From a virus, in the IMG/VR virus record IMGVR_UViG_3300026519_000008, positions 1 through 64,000 of that record: 64,000 nucleotides of DNA; one strand, 5' to 3'. The position numbers and the translations under genes are program-made. Shown here piece after piece: positions 1 through 10,595 of the stretch. The notes under the pieces were generated by a model that searched no databases, was not told where the DNA came from, and saw only the letters and a program-made list of their open reading frames with translations. Every line of letters starts with the position of its first letter. The stretch's first letter is position 1.

Positions 1-41
1 GCAATCTTGACCTGCTGTACCGCATTCTGTCTGAGACTCAT
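1..41 (-). CDS. 5' end of gene downstream of the major capsid gene (partial, MSLRQNAVQQVKIA...)
   Basis: ATG at 41 preceded by GGAGG RBS; runs off window. Confidence 0.6.
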   Translation of the reverse strand, partial: MSLRQNAVQQVKI

Positions 42-64
42 ATTTGTTACCTCCTTAACGAGTC

Positions 65-92
65 AAAAGCCGGGGGCCGAAGCCCCCCAGCC
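65..92 (-). terminator. Rho-independent terminator after capsid gene
   Basis: GGGGGGC-TTCG-GCCCCC hairpin followed by GGCTTTT on minus strand. Confidence 0.7.
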
Positions 93-95
93 CAT

Positions 96-1019
96 TTAGT
101 TGACAATACCAGTCACCAGCACCACCGCGTCAGGCTCTTCCACCTTGAAGTCCACTCGCAGGGTAACCACCACCACAAGCGCCCTGGCCCGAATGTCTCT
201 CTCGCTCTCGATCATGATCTGACGCTGCACACCCCAGATCAAGTTACGAGGATCACAGAAGAGCATCTTGTTGTTGGGCATATGCACCGCAGTATCCAGC
301 GGAACACCAAAGCCCATCACAGGCTGGTACCCCTCCAGCCGCTGATCCCCAAGCAGGGTCTCACGGGTGGCGATGTTGTTTCTCCACTCAGTCTCATTCT
401 CGTGATCCACGTAGAACCGCATGGCCCGCCGGTTACGCAGATACTTCGGGGGCATATTGAGGATGGCCTCTTTGAGCACTTCCTTCTTGAACCCGGTGTC
501 GGCCCAACCACTGATGTCCGCTACGTGACCGGAAGCCGTAGCCTGCGCCACAGCACCGTCCAGCAGCGCGAGGTACGCATCGGCTGAAGCCGTATCACCA
601 AGCACGATCAGCTCCTCAAGATCCACCGCCACACGCTCAGTGATCTGAGCCATCAGGGTGTCCTCAAGGTTCCCCCGCTCGATGTTGTCCTCAAGCACGT
701 CGTAGGGGATATGAACCTCGGCCAGGACTTCCTTGGTCTCCAAGACCACCTGCCCGAGATCAGGAGCCGCCCGCTTACTTGCCTCCAGCGGGGTGCCAGA
801 CGAAGGAGCGGCCCGCAGAATACGGCTGCCGAAGCCGATCTTGTCGATGTTCCGCTTGGGAGCGTTCATCCGCACGGTACGCACACTACGAAGCAGTGTA
901 GGCTGGTCCTGTACCATCCGAATAAACGTGTCGGCCTGCTCAGGGTTCAGATACCCCCCACTGGCCTGAAGATTCGCAACAGCAATGTCAGCCTTTTCTA
1001 CAATCGTTCTCTGACTCAT
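96..1019 (-). CDS. Major capsid protein (HK97 fold, PBSX XkdG-like)
   Basis: GGYLNPEQADTFI, LEDNIERGNLEDT, DLEELIVLGD, RVDFKVEEPDAVV motifs; downstream of protease/scaffold genes; GGAGG RBS. Confidence 0.9.
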   Translation of the reverse strand: MSQRTIVEKADIAVANLQASGGYLNPEQADTFIRMVQDQPTLLRSVRTVRMNAPKRNIDKIGFGSRILRAAPSSGTPLEASKRAAPDLGQVVLETKEVLAEVHIPYDVLEDNIERGNLEDTLMAQITERVAVDLEELIVLGDTASADAYLALLDGAVAQATASGHVADISGWADTGFKKEVLKEAILNMPPKYLRNRRAMRFYVDHENETEWRNNIATRETLLGDQRLEGYQPVMGFGVPLDTAVHMPNNKMLFCDPRNLIWGVQRQIMIESERDIRARALVVVVTLRVDFKVEEPDAVVLVTGIVN

Positions 1020-1048
1020 CTAAGTTCCTCCTTCTGTTGGAAGAGTGG

Positions 1049-2083
1049 TTACACCGAGAACAGCACACCCTTGAATGTCTGCTTCTTGTCATCCTGATCA
1101 TTCTTAGAAGCCGGAACCTGATCATCAGAATCGCTCAGGTCTACCGGAGTCGGGATCTGCGTCTGCATCTTCTCTACAGTCTTAGAAAGCCCCTTCACAG
1201 TATCCTGCACAGGCTTCAGGGCCTCCTCCAGACTCTTCTGAAGATTATCCTTCATCTCCTCGATCATCTTCTTCACACCATCAAGGCCGTCTTCATCCTC
1301 GCCCTTTGTCTCCTCAACCTCTTCGTCCTCACCCTTCTCGACCTCAGGCTTCTCTTCCTTCGTCTCGCCCTTCTCAGTTGTCTCCACAGGGTCATCCTCC
1401 TCATCTTCCTTCTGCTCTTCTTCCTTGACGATAGGCTGAGCAAACTTGTCAGCAGTAACCTTGACGGCCTCGTCAATATAGGCCACAAAATTGTCCAGGA
1501 ACTTCTGAATCATCTCCTTTTTCACGTCAGCAGACGAAACAGTCTGCGCCAGAGCGGCCGAGATCCCACTGTACATTGCGTACAGCTCATCGTAGGTCTC
1601 ATAGGACACCGACTTCAGCACGTCCTCATCAGACTGCTCATTGATCCCGTCAGCCAGCTTGAGCACAGGGGTTTTGGGCTTGAAAAGCTTCGTTACAATG
1701 TTGCCAGAGCCAGCATGCTTCGCCACTACTCCACGAATCCCATGCTCCTCCGACAGAGTAACCAGCCCAAACGAACCGTCCTCACACTCACCCTTGGCCA
1801 CCTGCTCGAACACCTTGTACTTCCCAGTCTCGATGCCGTCGGAAAGACTCACATCATCCCCGAGCATCGCCTTGACCACAGCCATATCTACGTCCTTGGG
1901 AACCAGCACAGACTGCAAGATCTTACTCATGCCATCCTCCTCTTCGGTCTTATCAGATTTCACGACCAGGAATGGGGTTTGGTTTGCTCCTCGACTTACC
2001 AACGACACAAACCCGTCCGACATGTCCGGGTCCGTCATGTAGTTAACTACCGTTTCAATCTGAGTCACAACCTTCTTGCTCAT
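1049..2083 (-). CDS. Head scaffold / prohead-protease-associated protein
   Basis: N-terminal FVSLVSRGAN motif typical of prohead proteases; long acidic coiled-coil C-terminus; directly upstream of capsid gene. Confidence 0.65.
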   Translation of the reverse strand: MSKKVVTQIETVVNYMTDPDMSDGFVSLVSRGANQTPFLVVKSDKTEEEDGMSKILQSVLVPKDVDMAVVKAMLGDDVSLSDGIETGKYKVFEQVAKGECEDGSFGLVTLSEEHGIRGVVAKHAGSGNIVTKLFKPKTPVLKLADGINEQSDEDVLKSVSYETYDELYAMYSGISAALAQTVSSADVKKEMIQKFLDNFVAYIDEAVKVTADKFAQPIVKEEEQKEDEEDDPVETTEKGETKEEKPEVEKGEDEEVEETKGEDEDGLDGVKKMIEEMKDNLQKSLEEALKPVQDTVKGLSKTVEKMQTQIPTPVDLSDSDDQVPASKNDQDDKKQTFKGVLFSV

Positions 2084-2086
2084 GTA

Positions 2087-2674
2087 TTACTCCACAAAAA
2101 ACCGATGCGCATGCTCAAGCTCAACATCTGTAACCGTCGTCCCAGAAATATCGTGCTTATGCCCAAGCACCTCATCAGTAAAACCCATGACCACCCCACC
2201 CTCATCATTGAACTCTACGTAGTACGCATGCTTGTGGGCCGGGAGGATCTCCTCATCCGTGGAAAGCTCAGTCTCATCAATGGCAATCTTGGTAAGTTCC
2301 ATAAGAACTTTCTTAGGAACCTTCTTCACTGTGCCATTGAAGGAAAAACCATTCAGCTTTCCAGCCTTGACGTCCTTCCATATATCCTCAGGAACACGGA
2401 CCCCCAACACCCAGGTACCCTCATCAAAATCAGGGTCTCCATTTCTGGCAATGAAAGACTCAACCACCACAGCCCCGGACTTTTCACGATTGTGCATGAT
2501 GTCGATAGCATCGAACCGTCCATTTTCCATGAAGCTATAGGCCATCTTGCGGATGTCCTCAGCCTCCATGGACTCCCAGTCAGTATCTACCTGATCTGGG
2601 ATATACACGGCCCCATACACAATCTGCTCATCAGCAGTTTCTACGGCCTTCATGGCCTGCTGCTTTTTAGCCAT
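2087..2674 (-). CDS. XkdF-like putative prohead serine protease
   Basis: QIVYGAVYIPDQVD, IDIMH, VVESFIAR, GTWVLGV, IWKDVKAGKLNGFSFNG; start reassigned to MAKKQQ at 2674. Confidence 0.85.
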   Translation of the reverse strand: MAKKQQAMKAVETADEQIVYGAVYIPDQVDTDWESMEAEDIRKMAYSFMENGRFDAIDIMHNREKSGAVVVESFIARNGDPDFDEGTWVLGVRVPEDIWKDVKAGKLNGFSFNGTVKKVPKKVLMELTKIAIDETELSTDEEILPAHKHAYYVEFNDEGGVVMGFTDEVLGHKHDISGTTVTDVELEHAHRFFVE

Positions 2675-2955
2675 TATAGCCGCCAAATCTCCATGGTCAC
2701 GCCCGCCGGCAGCCCTCCCCCTGAAAGCACCCCGCGCACCATTACCCCAGGAGGAAATGCCGACTTCGAGTAACCAACAGATCCCTGAGAGCCAATAATC
2801 TGACACGGAGCAAAGTTTACCCCATCAAACGATACTTCCAGAGACCACAACGACCCCCCCAAATCCCCGTACACCAATACCCCGGCCTCGCCGCCGGGCC
2901 ATTCATACGAAGCACCCACTGTATCCACAGACACATTGTCCAGCAGCTTAGCCAT
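2674..2955 (-). CDS. Small hypothetical protein, probably virion-associated
   Basis: AGGAG RBS; coupled to XkdF gene; beta-rich sequence. Confidence 0.6.
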   Translation of the reverse strand: MAKLLDNVSVDTVGASYEWPGGEAGVLVYGDLGGSLWSLEVSFDGVNFAPCQIIGSQGSVGYSKSAFPPGVMVRGVLSGGGLPAGVTMEIWRL

Positions 2956-3148
2956 ATCTATTCTCCTTGGGTTATTTATTCCGTATCGTCACAAATACCA
3001 GACAACCAAAACTAAATAAAGAGGAATCAACTCTGCCCGGACTACCAAAGTTGCAGTCGTAATCGTACCCAGGCAATAAGACAAAAAAATCCCCAACGTG
3101 ATTTTCACGCTGGAGACTTGGCACTCTATGTTGAAATTGATTTCAGGT

Positions 3149-4037
3149 CTAGTCTGTGATCGTATCTACCCTGACCACGCTGCAAGACGGAAAAGCGTGT
3201 TCATCGCCGTTCTCCTCCCGAACGATAACGAACCCGCCCTCGTACCTGACAGATACTGTAGAGTAGTACCCACTGGTTCTGTACTCCCCTTGCTCAAATA
3301 CTATTTCCTCATAGGGAGTGACAATGGTGACCTTTTTAGGCACAGATCGACTCCTCATGATAGAGTATACCGCACTGCTGACACCACACCCGCTCAACCA
3401 ATTCGTTCTGATCTTCATCCAGCCCGCCCAGGTTAGACACCAACCCAATTCTAGCTGCAAACCTTACCCCATCTTCATAAATCACATAAACAGCGCTCTT
3501 TTCGTTACCACAAATCACGCAACGCTGTGACTTCAACACTGTAGAACTCCTATCTGGTGTTCTCCACAGACTGATCCAGCGCATCATCAAGAAGATCCAG
3601 CCCCAGTCCGGTTACCAGCTCGTCTCCGAGCTTTAGCACTTCGTCCTTGGTAACCTTACCGTCGTCAGTAATGGAATCTTTCGCCCACCGATAAAGAATC
3701 AACGCTCCCTTAATCGCCAGCACCCATTTTAACCCCATCAGCCTTTTCTCCTCTTTTTCCATGTAGTCCTTTTTGCTTTCTTTCCTTCCGCCTTTTCTTC
3801 TTCCTCCAACTCTTTTTGCTCATTAATTACGGTCTCCTTGATTGGAATGTCACCACCACACATTGAACAGGCTGTTTTTGGACCCTTTACAGTCTCCCTA
3901 GTATCTGCGGGCTGGTAGTAAGCGTTCACATAACCAGTCCCCTCAATTGGATCTTCAATAAGCACTGCATCCATTCCACAAACCGGACAAGGCTGTTTGT
4001 ACTCCATTCTTTGCCTGTTCATAATCCCACCTCCCAC
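3149..4037 (-). other. Four overlapping small hypothetical genes (3149-3460, 3336-3590 Zn-ribbon, 3550-3762 membrane-like, 3738-4037 Zn-ribbon)
   Basis: ORF track; CxxC pairs; tight packing; exact starts uncertain. Confidence 0.55.
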
Positions 4038-4042
4038 AATGA

Positions 4043-4717
4043 CTATGCAGTAGTCTGAGCTTTTATCATATCTTTGTGTTTCAGTTTCACAATAATACGA
4101 TTACCAAACCCATCTAATACAGGAACTGCTGGAACTCCTACTAGCCCTTCAGCCTGACACTTAGTATTCTCTGCAACCGTTGATTCAAATCCATCCCTAC
4201 ACAACCTCTCCATGTCATGAAGCGTTCCGGTCAAAACTACAGGAACTAACTTGAACCCTAAATGATCCCCCACTTCCTGCATCTGAATTCTAGTGAACCA
4301 GTGACCATCCGCCCACACGTCAAACAGTATAAACCCTTGGTCTTTCCTGTACGATCCTCCTTTTTGAATCTTAAGCCCATAACCCTCACCAAAGAGAACA
4401 GCCGGATAATCTCCAAATATATCAGCCAATGCTTCGGCAAGATTGGCGGACGATCTTGGCAAATCATGCAACTCATCATCCGTGAACCGTTGCATCAATC
4501 CAGCCGGAATCTGCGCCCTATCGGTCCGACCTAATATACGCACACTGGTTCCAGACCATACCAATCTAATATTTGTTCCGTCTACTTTCTCTGTAAATAC
4601 CCACTTATTGGAGGCTAGGTATTCAAACTCCTCAGTTGTGTACTTACCCAAAATGAGCTTATGAGTCTTCGGATCGCGCTTGTAAAGAGATTGAATTTTA
4701 GGATAACGCTCCGACAT
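4043..4717 (-). CDS. ATP-dependent RNA ligase (Rnl2-like nucleotidyltransferase domain)
   Basis: Motif I EKVDGTN, FGEGYG, FILFDV, EGLV, IVKLK; start at MSERYPK with AGGAG RBS. Confidence 0.85.
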   Translation of the reverse strand: MSERYPKIQSLYKRDPKTHKLILGKYTTEEFEYLASNKWVFTEKVDGTNIRLVWSGTSVRILGRTDRAQIPAGLMQRFTDDELHDLPRSSANLAEALADIFGDYPAVLFGEGYGLKIQKGGSYRKDQGFILFDVWADGHWFTRIQMQEVGDHLGFKLVPVVLTGTLHDMERLCRDGFESTVAENTKCQAEGLVGVPAVPVLDGFGNRIIVKLKHKDMIKAQTTA

Positions 4718-4839
4718 TACACCTCTCCTTCTAATCCAAACAAGGTGGCGGGGTGATGCAAGGCCCAGGGCACGTCCCATCTTTCGAGAGCATCAATGGA
4801 ACCTTGCATCCTGAAACATTTACCCGATTGGCACGTCTG

Positions 4840-5253
4840 CTAATCCAATAATGTATAATCCACGCGACGGGAAGCCCACTCAAGCAAATTACGATCAACC
4901 AGATCAAACTCAAAAGAAGATCCATACTCACCCTCCGCCCACTGAAGACATTTAACAGCCTTCTCTACCTGACCCTGTAGAATCTCCAACTGCCTACGTT
5001 TTCTCATGATGTACGAGTAAAGCGCAGCTTTCTTATCCAAATGAGCAAATTTATTCTTTGTATTCAGGTACATAAACCTTCTGAGTGACCAACCAGGACC
5101 AAGATACGTTGTACCGTAACGAAATAGAACAATCCACACCCCACACTGTGTCCGCTTAACCACTTTGTACTCTTCCAAAATCCCCCGGGCCGGTGCGCCA
5201 TACACCTTAAAATCTACATACCTATACAAGACCGTACCTACGTCAACGTCCAT
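4840..5253 (-). CDS. Hypothetical protein
   Basis: AGGAGG RBS, 137 aa. Confidence 0.6.
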   Translation of the reverse strand: MDVDVGTVLYRYVDFKVYGAPARGILEEYKVVKRTQCGVWIVLFRYGTTYLGPGWSLRRFMYLNTKNKFAHLDKKAALYSYIMRKRRQLEILQGQVEKAVKCLQWAEGEYGSSFEFDLVDRNLLEWASRRVDYTLLD

Positions 5254-5268
5254 CCCGCCCTCCTTTCA

Positions 5269-5613
5269 TTATAGCAGGATTCCCTCCGCCTTTTGCTTCT
5301 TGAACGATTCCCTGACCATCTTACGCAGCTCTTTTTCCACCACCTGATCAACTACTCCTCTAGCCAGCCTAACCGCCGCCTCCCCGACCATTTCCACAAT
5401 ATCCAACTGCGCAACCAGCTTTTTCACAGCCTCATTGGCTGCCTTATGCACCATAATATACCCTAGCCCACCTTTAGACCCATACGTTGGCTTTGCAAAT
5501 GCTTCGGCAATCGCCTCATCAACAATATACCGCAGATCATTGAGTTGAAGCTCTACTACCAACCTGACCGTCTCACCTTCCACCGCCTGACCGCCTCTCG
5601 GAGGACACTCCAT
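5269..5613 (-). CDS. Hypothetical protein
   Basis: AAGGAG RBS before MECPP. Confidence 0.55.
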   Translation of the reverse strand: MECPPRGGQAVEGETVRLVVELQLNDLRYIVDEAIAEAFAKPTYGSKGGLGYIMVHKAANEAVKKLVAQLDIVEMVGEAAVRLARGVVDQVVEKELRKMVRESFKKQKAEGILL

Positions 5614-5639
5614 GTTTTCACTCCTTTCTGAAATCAATT

Positions 5640-5990
5640 TCAACTAGCATTATTACGTTTCTTATTGTAAGGTCCACGTTTTGGATCTTTCCCGTACACT
5701 GCATGATCAAGCACTCTGAAGAATGCGTCCACTACAACTTGGGTTTTCCTATGTGAAGGCAAAAGCTCCCACATTTTCTCGCAGGCTGCTAGATCCCACT
5801 TATCCACAGGTAACTTTTGATCTTCTACATCCATACAACCATATGCTATGGCCACAAGACTGTTACTAGACAATCCCCATTCTCCGACTACTCCGGAACG
5901 CTCAGTACGCCAAGCATATTTTATCCTACCTACAAGAAACTCAAGATCAGCTATAAGCTCTTCAACAGACAGCTCATCAAATGCCTTCAT
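5640..5990 (-). CDS. Hypothetical protein
   Basis: ATGA overlap with PAPS reductase gene. Confidence 0.6.
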   Translation of the reverse strand: MKAFDELSVEELIADLEFLVGRIKYAWRTERSGVVGEWGLSSNSLVAIAYGCMDVEDQKLPVDKWDLAACEKMWELLPSHRKTQVVVDAFFRVLDHAVYGKDPKRGPYNKKRNNAS

Positions 5991-6784
5991 ACTGAATCCC
6001 CATAACTATTAAATAAGTCCAATCCGGTACATTTTTTCCTTGACTTTTTTGAGTTGTTGTCTTTACCAAGCAACCACCAATCCCATAAAGCCTCCGGTGT
6101 TCCCCACTTTCCGGTTTTATCTAGTTTGCCCTCCTTGTTCAATCTATCCCACAATAAATAAATGCCCTTACGCCACAATCTAGCCAATTTAGGCCAACGT
6201 TCTGCATCATTGAGCTTATTCTTGGCCATGGGGCACATGACACACCCCAACCTGCTTCGTCCTTCATCATACAAGGCAGGATACGCTAACCCCCTATCCT
6301 TGATGAAACTCCACACCTCGTCCTCAGTCCACTCCAACAACGGCGCAATGACCTCAAGCCTTTTACCTCTACGCCTAATTACCTGAGCCATTTTCCAGTT
6401 TTTTGCTCTACTTACACTCTCATCTTTACGTACACCCACCAAAAGCCGCGCCCCATCCGGTGTTATACCCTCTTTGTACTCCCTACAACACCACCTAACA
6501 ATGCGAGTCGGAGGCATACCATGGTCCTTAATAGCAGCCCACAACGGTTTTTCTGGTCTATCCCAAACCACCTCAGGGTAGTGTTTTCTCATATGCTGCA
6601 AAACTTCAGGAGGGTCCATAGTAGTAACCGAATAATGCGCTTCATATGCAACATTTGCTTCGTTGGCCAACTGCAATAGGCATATAGAGTCTTTACCACC
6701 AGAGAACGCCAACCAATATTTACCATCCCTAGGCGCAAACACTCTTAAAATATCTATGGATCTAGTGATTTTATCTGTATTCAT
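5987..6784 (-). CDS. PAPS reductase family protein
   Basis: PP-loop FSGGKDS, RWCC..YK, GVRKDES..R, PLLEWT, RLGCVMCP. Confidence 0.9.
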   Translation of the reverse strand: MNTDKITRSIDILRVFAPRDGKYWLAFSGGKDSICLLQLANEANVAYEAHYSVTTMDPPEVLQHMRKHYPEVVWDRPEKPLWAAIKDHGMPPTRIVRWCCREYKEGITPDGARLLVGVRKDESVSRAKNWKMAQVIRRRGKRLEVIAPLLEWTEDEVWSFIKDRGLAYPALYDEGRSRLGCVMCPMAKNKLNDAERWPKLARLWRKGIYLLWDRLNKEGKLDKTGKWGTPEALWDWWLLGKDNNSKKSRKKCTGLDLFNSYGDSV

Positions 6785-7281
6785 GATTTCTACTTGAAAT
6801 CAATTTCAGGTGGAAGTTATCATTTGTCATCAGCATCTAGCAGGCTCCTGAATGCCTTAGCAATATACGACTCCCTCTTCACATACGCCTTACACACCTC
6901 TGCATACTTTGCATCCCTCGCAGTAATAATCCCAGTCTCAGGTCCACGCTCAAGAAAGTACGGTACCGGTGCCCTGCACGATCCCATATCATTGTACGTA
7001 TGAGGATCAAAATGAATGCAGTCCCAACAATCTTTGCCGCCATCCCACATACCGACCTCCTTCCTCTCACTGTACCGTTTCTTTGTTCCAATCCCTACTG
7101 TGCTTCAGAAGATTATCCAAAAGCCTCTCCCTCCGCACCCAAATCACGGCGTTTGCGTACCCCTCAAACGACTCAGCAATCTTTTCCCTAATAGATTGCC
7201 CGAACTTACGCATAATGTAGTTGTCCCAATTAGGGCCTCGGCGGTGGGTCATTGGTGCTCCTTTCCGTATAAACTAAGGCA

Positions 7282-7602
7282 TTACGTGCTGACCATCTTT
7301 ACTGCGCCATCTAGTGGGTTTATTGCGCCAAGTCTCTGCTGCAACCGTATCAGTTTGGCGTGTTTTGCACTATCAATCAATTCTGGGTTGATAAGAATGC
7401 GCAACTGACCTAGCATGATTTCGACGTCGGCTATTTCATCAGCTAGTTGTACCTCAGTTATGCGACCACGTTTGTACCACGAAACAGCAGCTATTAATTC
7501 TGCCAGCTCCTCTTGGCATAAATCGAATTGTGCACCAGAGCCCCACCGACAAACTGCTGCCACGTAAAGCTCCACCTCATCTGGTACTTGGTCGGCTCTC
7601 AT
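7282..7602 (-). CDS. MazG-like NTP pyrophosphohydrolase
   Basis: QEELAEL...LADEIADV acidic motif. Confidence 0.8.
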   Translation of the reverse strand: MRADQVPDEVELYVAAVCRWGSGAQFDLCQEELAELIAAVSWYKRGRITEVQLADEIADVEIMLGQLRILINPELIDSAKHAKLIRLQQRLGAINPLDGAVKMVST

Positions 7603-8575
7603 ACTGACTTCTCCGTTTTTATTGTTTGAATGATTTCGTATAGTTCGCTACACGCCCAGAAAATCGGCTCTTCTTGCCTGATTTCCTCATCCGTCATGTC
7701 TGGTTCCAACCATGGATCCGTATCCCCCAATGCGTCGCTTAGTGTGTTGGCAATTTTCTCTAGTCTACGTTCTAAATCAACAACATATTTCATTGTCTGT
7801 CTCCTTAGATCGGTGGGTCTACCCATACGCAGGGGCATCACCCACGCAGCGCGTGTTTTTTACACCAAGCACTCTTTTTGGTTGAAAAGCCACCCAAAAT
7901 ACACCTGATATTCTTCTCAGTCAGATATCCCCCAAACTGCTGAATAACCTCTACAATATCACTAGAATAGTGCACACAGTTAGCACATTTCGGTGCATTC
8001 ATCGTCCAGCCCTGCTCTGCTTTTATTGCAGCTACTATTGATTTTCCCACAATTTACTCCTTTGTGGTTATCCTAGATGGGGCGCGGTGGGTCATTGATG
8101 CTCCTTTTCATAAAGCTTAATACACGTCTTGCATGTAGGTTCTTCTTGCACTGTCTCAAAACTTACAGCCCTTTGACCAGGCTTAGCGTTCCACGGGTTT
8201 CTATTTTCCAGGCCGCAATATGTCCAACTACTTCGCTGTCCGCAGCGGATATGCACTGTACCTCGCTTAGAACCAACTATTTTAGCAACATGCATATCTC
8301 GACTGAGGCCTCTGCGCTTTTTCATTATGTCTTCACCCACTCTTCCAGTTTGTCGGCAATCTCACGCAATTTATTAGCCACCCACATCGTTCGTTCCGTC
8401 TCATCTTTCCACCCATGAAGGAACTTAAATCTGACAGGGGCAACGTCTCCATCATGAAAGACAATCTCAATATAATCCACCCCCTCAATAATGCCGATGT
8501 ATCCACCACAATACCCAGGGATAAACGAGAAGTTCTGCTTAGTCGCCATCGCTTTGCCTCCTATTCGGCCCACAA

Positions 8576-8770
8576 TTAATCGTCATTATTATCACCACCC
8601 AACGCTTTGCCTGGCTGGGTAAAGGAATCAGTAACCACCTGCATAAGAACATCAATAATCGCCTCAAGCCGGCGGATAGCCACTACCCTATTAATCCCAA
8701 TTGCACTAACATCCGAAAATTCTGGGGAGGAAGCAACAAACACGTCATCGTTAGCCGACCACTCAACCAC
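8576..8770 (-). CDS. HicB-like protein (N-terminal domain)
   Basis: EWS..DDVFVASSPEF..VSAIG....AI..L pattern; start uncertain. Confidence 0.6.
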   Translation of the reverse strand: MVEWSANDDVFVASSPEFSDVSAIGINRVVAIRRLEAIIDVLMQVVTDSFTQPGKALGGDNNDD

Positions 8771-9675
8771 TACCGAATAATTATCTGCCGTTACTACCCC
8801 TTTCTGGAAAGTACTCCAAAATATCTTCTATATCCCCATTCAACATGATATAGGCTATCCTATGCAGCTCCTCACACACCGGAGCATACAACCAGTCCAA
8901 CAACCGTCGTTGTAGCTGACCCTTCCGTTCCTCAAATGGAATACCCTTAGGGGAGCTGACTATAAACTCGACCTCAAACATCAGCTTCGTAAGTTGCAGC
9001 TGTTCTGTGTCATCCCACCCCTCTGTGAACTTACAATTCTCCAAAACATGCTGTACCTCAGTACCCCGCGTTTTTGGAAGACCTTCAATAGGTTCCATAC
9101 TCACTTTACCTCCGCCACTCCATCCTCCATTGGTATAAAACCACCGCCTCCCGACGTTGTCCTCTTTGCCAGTACACACTCATCAAGATCTAGATAGTCA
9201 CAAAGCACTAATTCATCCAATCCACACCCACACTCTATATCCAGATTCACCAAACCATCCGCCCCCAGGTCCCTCAACGCTTTATCCAACAATTGTCGTA
9301 TATTCACAGTTACTCCTTTTCCTTCAACTTATCAGCATACAACTCCAGCCACCCCGCAATATACCTGTCTGCCGCCTCCTCCGCCGTCGCAACATCCCCA
9401 ATTAAATCAAAACAATACGCAACAATCATCTTCCGAATCGAGGGTGCCCTTTCCCCTCCCGGTCTTTTGCTCAGCGGGCCTTCCCACTCAAAAAACGCCC
9501 TGTCCATCATCCGCCTCCCTGTCTGCCCAGTTAATAAAAAAACGCGTGTTGTTAACCCAGATGCGCGCCCCCTGGGACTGTCAGTATCGCGGCGTAATCC
9601 AATCCTAACCCATACTGTCTGCACTGGCGCCATAAGCTGGTCTTTTGTGCAGCAAAAAGCACTACATTCTACAGA

Positions 9676-9930
9676 TCATCCGCCTCCTATCCTGAGTTTA
9701 CGCCGCCGCTCCACCGACTCACCCTGTTTCGTACCCATTGGCTTATAGTTCTGTAGGATATAATCACTCAAATCAACCAGCTTGTCCGTCAAATCCTTTT
9801 TCTTATACAACTCATCTAGCACCAATGTAATTTGCCTACGCCCCCCATCTTTATCGTAGACCTCCCACGTAATCTTCAGCGAGTTCACATCAACCGACAT
9901 CGACATCAAATGCCATTTAACATCACTCAT
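9676..9930 (-). CDS. Hypothetical protein with basic C-terminal tail
   Basis: Ends RRRKLRIGGG. Confidence 0.6.
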   Translation of the reverse strand: MSDVKWHLMSMSVDVNSLKITWEVYDKDGGRRQITLVLDELYKKKDLTDKLVDLSDYILQNYKPMGTKQGESVERRRKLRIGGG

Positions 9931-10207
9931 AGCGTATCCGCCTCTTTCGGTTCAATCTAGGAACCCCAGGCGCAGTGAACTTAGCACCTGAAGCATTACG
10001 ATCCACAACTATCAACATTGTCGGAACTGGGACATACGCTCCATCGCAATACCCAGGCACATCAACACTATTAGAATCATATCTCAGCATGACAGCATTC
10101 GACTCAAAATCCTCAACATTCAAATTAACCGTCACAGACTGCCCAGCCTCTACATAATACACAACCGCCTTATTTGTAGCGGGATCAACACAAAACAAAA
10201 AGCTCAT
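9923..10207 (-). CDS. Hypothetical protein with basic C-terminal tail
   Basis: Ends RKRRIRYE. Confidence 0.6.
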   Translation of the reverse strand: MSFLFCVDPATNKAVVYYVEAGQSVTVNLNVEDFESNAVMLRYDSNSVDVPGYCDGAYVPVPTMLIVVDRNASGAKFTAPGVPRLNRKRRIRYE

Positions 10208-10208
10208 A

Positions 10209-10445
10209 CTAAAGCCTCAACTTCCGCCGCCTATCCCACCTACGCTCTTTGCCTTCCTCAAGCTTCGGTTCAGCTCCACCACCTGCATCCGTCACCTTAG
10301 TAACGACCTCAAACCAATACCCATTTGAATAGAAGAACTGCGGTGACGATTCATGATTCACCAGATCTGTGTCATTCGTATATGTAGTCATTGTCCAACC
10401 AAAAGCTCTCTCATCAGCGGGTGTGTTTGAATTATTTGACCACAT
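10209..10445 (-). CDS. Hypothetical protein with basic C-terminal tail
   Basis: Ends RRRKLRL. Confidence 0.55.
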   Translation of the reverse strand: MWSNNSNTPADERAFGWTMTTYTNDTDLVNHESSPQFFYSNGYWFEVVTKVTDAGGGAEPKLEEGKERRWDRRRKLRL

Positions 10446-10595
10446 GGTTTTCCCCTTCTATTCTGAAATCAATTGCAACCCACCCGCAACTTCCTCTCCC
10501 ACTTCAACCTAGTTCCAAAAACTCCTCAAATGCCTGCTGCAAATCTTTCTGAATAATATCATTTATCACCATCGTACTTTCCTTTGAAATCAATT

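Larger units (their letters stand above)
6820..9633 (-). other. Run of small hypothetical genes (6820-7050, 7067-7252, 7599-7841, 7838-8050, 8092-8340, 8325-8573, 8781-9179, 9101-9307, 9310-9633)
   Basis: Head-to-tail minus-strand ORFs, most with RBS; several Cys-rich. Confidence 0.5.

Noticed and set aside
1037-2773. 578-aa + strand ORF
   Set aside because: Antisense shadow of well-supported minus-strand head genes; Leu/His-rich with no motifs.
5800-5808. Single DnaA box TTATCCACA
   Set aside because: Isolated and inside a CDS; compatible with chance.
10464-10575. Possible fifth basic-tail gene (WERKLRV in one frame)
   Set aside because: Interrupted by stops in all frames; at most a remnant.
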